This document shows positions 51,941-60,400 of a stretch of DNA of 64,000 bases, piece after piece. A program made the translations under genes and the position numbers. The notes under the pieces were generated by a model. That model worked only from the letters and a program-made list of their open reading frames with translations. It did no database searches and had not been told where the DNA came from. Positions within the stretch are counted from its first letter, which is position 1; the number at the start of each line of letters is the position of its first letter. Origin of the DNA: Kondoa subrosea. Its lineage: Eukaryota. The stretch lies in assembly GCA_039545335.1 (NCBI GenBank), contig BCIN01000002.1:2448678-2512677 (forward strand), written 5' to 3'.

Positions 51941-54900
51941 ATGAGACGCGAACCTCCTTCACCCATTCTGTTTTCTACACCTACGAGAGGCAAAGATAGG
52001 TCGCCTCCCAAAACTCTACCAACACTAGGTAAGCCTGTCTTCGCAAATGTCTCGCTTGGACCTTCTCATGCCACGGGGTGCAAACCAACGTCCGTTTTAC
52101 AAAACGGACATCAAGTACGTAATTTTGGCCATTTTCTGGCCGATGCCCATTCCCATATATAGCTTGTTCTACTAGATAGTACAGTTCTATCACGAATCCT
52201 TGGACATAGCTTCAGTCCCTCTCTAAAGGTAATCAGATATGCGATCTCGCGGTTTTCGAACACTGCATCTCTCTTTATTGAGTAAGCTACATATACTACT
52301 TGTTCGTAACATATCCAGCTGACCTAGTCTAACATTGCCTCGATCCTTTCCGCTAGCTCGTGCGCTTTCCCTTTGCCATCTTTGTTACGGTGCTTTAGAT
52401 ACTTCCGAAGAGCGGTAACATTGTAATGCCGGTTCGAAGGATCTCTTGACAATGTAAAACCAATCAGTCGCTTCTCCTTTGCCGCAGCCTCGATCTGCTG
52501 GAACAGATGCAGATCCCCTCCACTAGTAGCTGGGAATACTGGAACAAATCAGATGATGATATGTAGTCGCACTATATCATGCTAACCTTGTGCATCTGCA
52601 GGGGCCTTTTTCGAGCTGATAGGTCGTTCCTTTGTGTCGCGCTTCTTCTCGACAGGTAAGCTAGACTTTTCCATTCTTTCCGCAATTGTCACCTCCTCGG
52701 ATGCTCTTCGCTTTTGCCCTTTTGCAACATCGAGACCTTGATCTTTTGCTGCCCAATACGTATCAAGAGCAAGTACGAGCGAGGTAGAGTGGAACATGAT
52801 AGATAGCAAAATGTCTTCCTTGCACTGAGCCTTGCAAAGACTGCTACGTAAAAGCTGGAACTGCTCTTCTGCTTCCTCATCTACATTCGCGCATCTTTTG
52901 ATGGTTATGATCCGTGGTAATGTAGAAAAGCGAGCCAAGAATGCGACTAGCTTGTTGGACTTGACATGTTTCAGACGTTGTACACAGCTCATCAAGTCTT
53001 CAAGGTTTCGACGCCCTTCTGCAGCCGACGGTCTCTTCTCCAGAGGTGCAAGACTCCACTGCACAATGTTGCTAAACAGTTGGCTGACTGAAGAATGAGG
53101 TATTTCATTTCGCATTTCGGTAATTTTGTAAAAGGCAGTACAAAAGAGCCGGAAGACGACAATATTGACCGACTTCTCAAATTGTGGTGGATAGTAGCAC
53201 ATTCTGAGTGAATCATGCTCTTCCTTCAAGCTGGAGATGGTGTTCGAAACTCCTTGTACATCGCAAATACAGAGCAAATCAGACGGAAGCGGTTCCTTTC
53301 CTAAGCGTTTGAGAGGGGTGATGTATATGCCTTCGCGAATAGGATTTGCTGGTAGTGTGGATCGAAGACTCTTCTTCTCGAGAATGTTTGCAAGATGCTG
53401 CCTATGCGTGATGGAAAGATTGCTGCGACGGATAATCAACATGGAAAGCACTGATACTCATGACGTACTCTAAATCCAGCTGGATACTTTGCATGTCTTG
53501 ACAATTTGCTACTGAGTGGGTCAGACCATTGTCAAATAACAGCAGAACAGCGTACGACAAGTAGGTCCAACATCATCTGGCTCGGAGGAAAGAAAGACAA
53601 ATGTCGTTTCTCTAGAGCATTCTAAGGACCAACATTAGACATGCAGATAGCACATCGTTCTTCAGCCTACTCTGACAACAGCGGGAGTTATGAAATTTCG
53701 CGAAATCCACCTTGAGCGTTACAGAAGATTGTGACATCGGAATAATCGCGCACTGTAATCAGTCTGAGCTCAATAATACTCATGTGTGCGCATCAAGATC
53801 TCCTTACCGAAAGGAAGCTGTTGTAGTTTGAAGGTAGCAACAAGCGAAAGCTGATTCTTTAACTCTGAGCTTGATGTATTCAGAGTCACCGATAGGTACA
53901 GCAGGCAGGCGCAAAATGCAGCAAGTTTAAGACTTCGAACCGGAACTTGATGAAAGATGGTTTGAGAGAGAGCTTGATTCCGTTACGCGACAGCCGCCTC
54001 TTGACAAACTCGAACACGACATATAGCTAGAGAGAACCATTTCTAGACGCGCTGAATGTGCTAGGCTCGTGTTGTACCAAGGGGCTGCGCAAAGTCGTCT
54101 ATCTCCCTAGGCGTCTCAACTTGCTGCCATTCATTCTTGATTGTCTGCGTAGTCCCTCATAACCGCCAGCGGCCCAAGGCTGGCTGGAGCCAACTTCTAG
54201 TCGTCTTCCTTTTTCAATCATTTCCTTGTGTATACTTATTCGCTGCTGCGTATTTCTGGTGCTGCCTGTCCTCCTTGAAGCTGATGGCAGAAATCACGCA
54301 GGCCATATAGACCTGCTTCTTCAGGTGACATGCTGGTATCTCCATAAAGCTAGAAGCTTTTCTTTTCGAACGGCCTGCTTTCCGTTGCACTGACTTGGTA
54401 GAAATTTCAGGTGTTGACCTGTACCATGATCGGACTCGCTGACAGATCTCAAGACTCTTTGCCTCTCTTCTTTTATTGCGCTCCTATTGGAGTGTCACAA
54501 GCGCGTCTGCAACAGTCAGACAGTCTCGCCGAAGACATCGGTGTATCGCTTGAATCAGTTATAACACGCCTGCTACATTTCTACGTCGTCTGCAAGACCA
54601 AGGTCTACCTTACTGCGTTCTGCATCCTGTATCTTTTCACTTGGACATCATCGTATTTGATTATCTTCCCTGCCACCATCCTACCACGAGCTCTACGAGT
54701 ATTCTACCACGAGCTCTATGAGTATTCGTGTCAAACACAAGCATATGGACCAGACTGACCAAGTTCAGCAGCTTCATTAATCTCAGGATTCAACCGGTCT
54801 CCATGATTGATCAATCTTTGCTGTTTTCTCGTTCAATCCAATCATAAGGCGTATATTCAGAGCATCGCTATTATCTCCAGTAATCATCTTGAGTTTCAGA

Positions 54901-57373
54901 TGACCTCAATAATTTGCCACCTCAGAAATCTGGCGCGAGAGTTCTCAGGTGGCAAAACATGTCTCAGATTTGACTGAACCTACAATGCTGTACAGCGTGT
55001 TGTGAGGCTCTAGAAAGACACCTAGCAAATAGGAATGAGTTATAGGTGAAGAGAGAACAGGATCAAGTGATGCTTACTGTACAAATTGACTTGCTCGAGA
55101 GTCTAATCGCTATGGAAGCATGAGAAAGAAGAGATAGCATGCTTAGTTGTGCTCAGCCACGCTATACAAAGCGACCTGAGCAGATCAGGAGCTTGTGAGG
55201 AGTGTTCTCGCATCAAGCTCGACTTTGGTCTCCAGGTCTGCTGAGCAATAAATCCGGCTGACAGACTAGGACACGATTGTATGGACGCAAAAAAGCAGAT
55301 ATATCAAGATTCCACGAGAAATGCATTTTGAATATCAAGCTGTGAACGCACGCAAATAAGAGATTTCTGCAGACATGCGGCTACGAGTGCTGAGGATGAA
55401 AGCTGATACAGCAGTAAAACGAGGAAAAGCAAGGGTGCTTTGTCAAAAGAGTTGAAAGTATGTTCACGGAGTCAGCTGCTGTCTCCTCAGGCAAGTTTCA
55501 TGACGATAGCAATCTCGAGATATCATTTGATTATAAGATGACACTCAATGAGTGACATTCTTCAAAGGCCAGAGAAGATACGAGAACGAATAGTGTGAGA
55601 ATGAGGCTAAAGAGAGAAACATACACAAGACAAGCAAGCAATGTGCATAGAAAGCAGTTAGCGAGAGTTATAGGAGCGCTATGCACGACTTGGTCAGCTG
55701 TAGTACTAGCTATAGCTCTTTGTAGTGCACATGTACTTGTAATGGATGTTTGGAGTCATAATTCCTACGAAAAATGTCTTAGCCGAAATTCATGAAAGTG
55801 GGAGCTGGCTCATTCGCTCCAGCTCCCTTTTTCTTTGTTTGCCGACAGTCGAGTCCTATACCCTCACCTATCAACGAGCAAGATGCCATAGAGAGCTCTG
55901 ACTTGCCCTGGACTCTGCTCGTACACTGAGCACATGTGCACGTGAAAGTCCAAAAGTTGGCCAACTTTTGGATTGAATGGCTTTTCATTGACCGCCGTCA
56001 AGTGTGGTGGCTCATGCTTCCGTATTCGGACTTCTGACTCTCTTTAACAAACATTCCTCTGTTCTTGCGCAATCTTAGAGTCCTGCGACCTAAGAGAAAG
56101 AAATCTGCTGATCCGGTCAACCTGGCCTTACTCTATGTCTGCCTCTAGAACTCAACTCTGTGTCTGCCTCTGGATCTACAGGTGAGCTACTGCCTATAGT
56201 CTTATGTCAAGCAATGACAGGCATCGCTGACTGCCAAGCTATCTCAGTTTCATCTATTGCCCTGGATCTTTGGATTAGAAGCCTGTAAGTGATCCGGGCT
56301 GATTGGTTTGTCAATTGTTAAACTAAACGATCTTTGATATCCGCAGGTTTGCTTCAACTCTCTCAAATGGGGATGATCTCTTCGAAACTCTAATTACTTT
56401 TGCTGCAAGTGCCTATTGCCCTACTTCACGCAGCTGATCTTTGCTTCCGTTCTCAATTCGACTAAACGTTCTCTTCCCAGACCTTTCATACCTCGTGCGG
56501 ATCTTTTTGGTAACGCTGATGATGTGGTAACGCTGATGCTGTGGTCAAATATGCTTTGGAAGGTCACGATCGCGGCGTAATTGAGACTTCTTTCTATCCT
56601 CTCTTCCTTTGATTGGTGCGCAGGCTGAATATTATTATTACGGCTCAGTAAGTCGGCTTTGCTTTCTTGTAATTTACAGATTCGTGTACTTATTCCTTGT
56701 CTGAATTAGCGGACTGCCAGAGCTACTGCTCTGATTCAGATTCAGCGGCGAAAGATCTATACCTTATAGACTTTGTGAAATATTGGTACACCTTTAAGGT
56801 CAGACTCTTCCTTTAAGGTGAATCTAATTTTGCTCTGGCTTGCTTTGATCGTCGATGCTGACATTCTGCTCATAGGAAATGATGCTTTGACGACTCTCTT
56901 ACTTGAAGAGAGCTATTGCTGTTGAGTATGATCAGGAAGAGCAAGAACAACGGATGTCACTTTGGGTTCATCTCAATTCAATACGATCATAGTTGTACCT
57001 AGTCTGCTAATCATAGCTTACGATAGCTAGACCTGTTGACGAGACTTCTCTTGTAATCCATATGTCAAGCGGATCGCGAAAAACGCGACTTCTATTCTGA
57101 CGATTGTTTATTCAGATACCACGACTTGCTTAGTTTGCGGTCTTACTGGGTGAGTGCTCTGTACATACCTAAGCGCTACTAGGCTGACTCAGTCTCTTGC
57201 AGTGGAATTCGGTAGCTTCCCTTCACATCTCACGCTGAGCTTGGACTCACCAACTTTTGGCTGCTACAGTAGCTTCTGGTGGTTGGAAATCAGTACTTCT
57301 CCTATTGGATCAGACTGCTGTGTGCTCTTGGCATGGCGGGCCTTGAGCTGGGATAGGAGCAGGAGCAGAAGAG

Positions 57374-57414
<41 letters not shown>

Positions 57415-60400
57415 TACATCACGAGATTGGTCACTGCTGGCCCTCTATACCTTCTTCTATAGTTGCGAAGTACAACTCTCAGCTTTACCTAGTGTATCAC
57501 TCCTTTCCGAAAAGCTTGAATCACCATCTTCCTTGAATCTCGTCAGCTCATTGCAAAGTCCATATCTCTACCTCTATCAAAATGGGCTGGCGAGGTGCTC
57601 ATGCTGCCGTTCGCCAATTGGCACATGTCAATACACAAGTGTTGGATCGCGCAACATCTTGGGAAGAAGCTCTACGAAAGATAGAGGAGCAGATCAAATG
57701 CCAGCCCTGTAAGTTCCTCTTAGAAGCTGACATGACTGTTCTAACGGCAATCGTCGAACAGGCGCAGATATTGATGGCACTGGTATTCTTTGGGGTCCAA
57801 TAAATCGACTGAAACGAGATTGCTCGTATTTTGGGCCGTTCTTACACCTACATCAGCGGCGTTTATGGTTTCCTACTGAAGAAGCTTCCAAAGTCTGGCT
57901 AAAGAAACAATCTTTCACCTTCGCTGGCGACTTAGCTGATCGTCTGTCGGCAATTGCATCGCAAGTCACCATGACTTTTGATGATCGAGACAAGTCATCT
58001 AATGCTCTCGGCAAACTACATACGCATAAAGATCGCAAGGCAATGACGCGCCGAAGGAAGCACCTCGCTACGCAAGCATTGAAAGAAGCAGTCATTGTCG
58101 CAGCTCACTTGGAAAGGCTTCTGCTGCAAGATCGGGGTAAAAAATTCAAGGACAAGATCAATCGTGCCATGGTATCAACATTGAGAAGTCGTCTTCGTCA
58201 TCTTTTCAGCACATTTCATCGGAACTGCGATGCTTACTTCGACTTTCCTTTCGCGCCATCGGACTTCGAAGGCGACTCAGCAAGGTTATTGCTAGCAGCA
58301 TTTCCCCCATCAACCTCTCTTCACCTAGAACAGCCAGCTTCTTTGCACAGACCTGCTTCCTATGACTCTGACGCTATCGCCTTCGAAAAATCTTACATAC
58401 ATGCTAACTCTGAGCTGGTCAACTGCAGAAGCCAAATTATCCTCGTCCGATCTGGAGATGAGGCGGACAACACCATTGTCAGGCTTCAGAGCGCCCGAAT
58501 TCAGTCTGGTCTAGCAAAGGCAGCTAGTACTGTCATTATAGCCAACGACTCCGACTTCTTCATTCTTCGACACTCCGACATCTACCGATTCGTTCTTAGT
58601 CAAACAAGCGTCAAATTTCTACCAAACGCAGCTGTCCAGCAATACTCAATCCTTGACAAAGTAGCTCTCGAAGACACATTCGCATGGCCAGAAGAAGCTT
58701 GGCAAGCTCAACAACTAGCTCTTCTGGCTGGTCAAGACCTCACTCGCGGTAAAGGTCTGCCAGGTTTTGGAGTCAAGACTTTGCTTCCGTTGCTTGATTA
58801 CATGGACGTGAGCTGTCCCGTTTATACTTGTAGTGATAAACTGAATATCATACTAGCGAAATCCCGAGGTCACCTTGGAGAACTTCAGAGAGTTATGTAA
58901 CGAGGAGATAGCTCAAATGCCAAAATGGAAGAAGCTCAAACAACAATCCAAATGGCACAAATCCCTGATATTGCTCGAAGATGAAGCTTTCCGTGCCGAA
59001 TTCAAGGAGGCTGTTTTGGTTCTCACCTTTCTGTGTCACTCCTTCGTCTCGCCTTCCTCTCTTCCAAGTGATGTTGACGCCGATCAATCAATATCTATAC
59101 CTGAAACTACCTTCGGACCCCATCTTAAACGCAACCTTATCTGGCCCTTCACCTTCTCTTTTGAACATCTTCTTGATCACCCTGATACAGATCCAGAACT
59201 CCTCTTACCAGATCATCCTGCCAGCATAGGCGTTTCTGATCGGCCGTCCAAAGCTCAACAGACCCTCGAGTCGAAGCAAATAGGAAGGATGCCATCTCTT
59301 CGTCCTGAGAAACGAAAAGAATCGAAACCACCGCAATGGTCAGCTCTCAGAATGGAGCGGAAAAGAAAGAAGAAGACGAAAGTGGATTACGATCAGGTCT
59401 TCGCTGAAGCAGCACGCTACAACAAGCACAATTACCCGGAAGCAGCTGCGAAACATAAGGTCGCAAGTCTGGCTGCGCAGAGAAAGAGAAAGTTGGCAGA
59501 AGAGCTTGGCGAAGACTGGAGTGATTATCGAGACACAAGCGTTGAAGAACTGGAAGCGGATGCTGGTCTCTTTGCTGAACAGGCAATCGATTATCTGGAG
59601 GGACAGGAGCAAGAGGAAGAATCACTTGAGACAGCAACTAGCCAGGCGAAGGGCAAAGGCAAGAAGAAAGAAAATGAGAAACCAGTCAAGAAGCCTAGAA
59701 ATCTCCTAGCAGCTTACGTTCCTTCAGTCACCATACGCGGCGCTTGGACACTTCTGCGTCAACATGTCCTTCTCGCCAATTCCCCGTACCAGACACCGCT
59801 GTTCGAAACCACTTCCCTAGTCTTTCTCTGTCAGCAAATCGGCCTCTCTTCACTTCTGCTGTGTGTAAACTATTGTCTTTCGCAAGCCATGGTCTCTGAG
59901 AACGCTGCACTGCTCGAACGATACTCTGATCCAGATCAGCTTGTCAAAGTCATTTTATGCATCGCTCAAGTTATTACTCTGGCGAAGAAGCCGACCGATG
60001 AGGTCTTCAACCAGAATCCACAGCAGTTCAAATTCTACTCCGATCAGCTCAAGAAGTCTGCCAGGTTTCAGACTTTTTTCGAGAATAAGATATATGCCGA
60101 TGCCTTTATCGACGCTTTGGAACCAACCGTTCTAGCTAGAATCCGAGAATACGCAGAAGTGGATCCCCTCATCATACAATCGGTTCAGTTGCTTCTGCTT
60201 GATGACCTACCTCTTTTACCTTATATCGGTTCAGCAAGTGATATGTGGGTTGATGTATCGACGAAGATAGCCAGCAATATCACGACTTCGGCCAAAGAGG
60301 ATCTACAAGATTGCATCAAACGAGAAATCTTGAGGTTTATCGGCAACATCAAACCGTCAGATTCTGGTTATCGTGAAATCAGGAAGGCTCTCAAGTTTGT

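Noticed and set aside
55800..55840. Hairpin plus T-run as a rho-independent terminator or Helitron 3' end
   Set aside because: The context is eukaryotic; there is no clean CTRR-T terminus at the expected spacing, and TIR/TSD evidence points to a TIR element.
54681..56542. Short direct repeats as a CRISPR-like array
   Set aside because: Each is an unrelated two-copy duplication without spacers.
57154..57462. Poly-Q ORF upstream of the Fanzor gene
   Set aside because: GTG start that overlaps a splice-donor-like site; the Q run is just the (AACAGC)n microsatellite.
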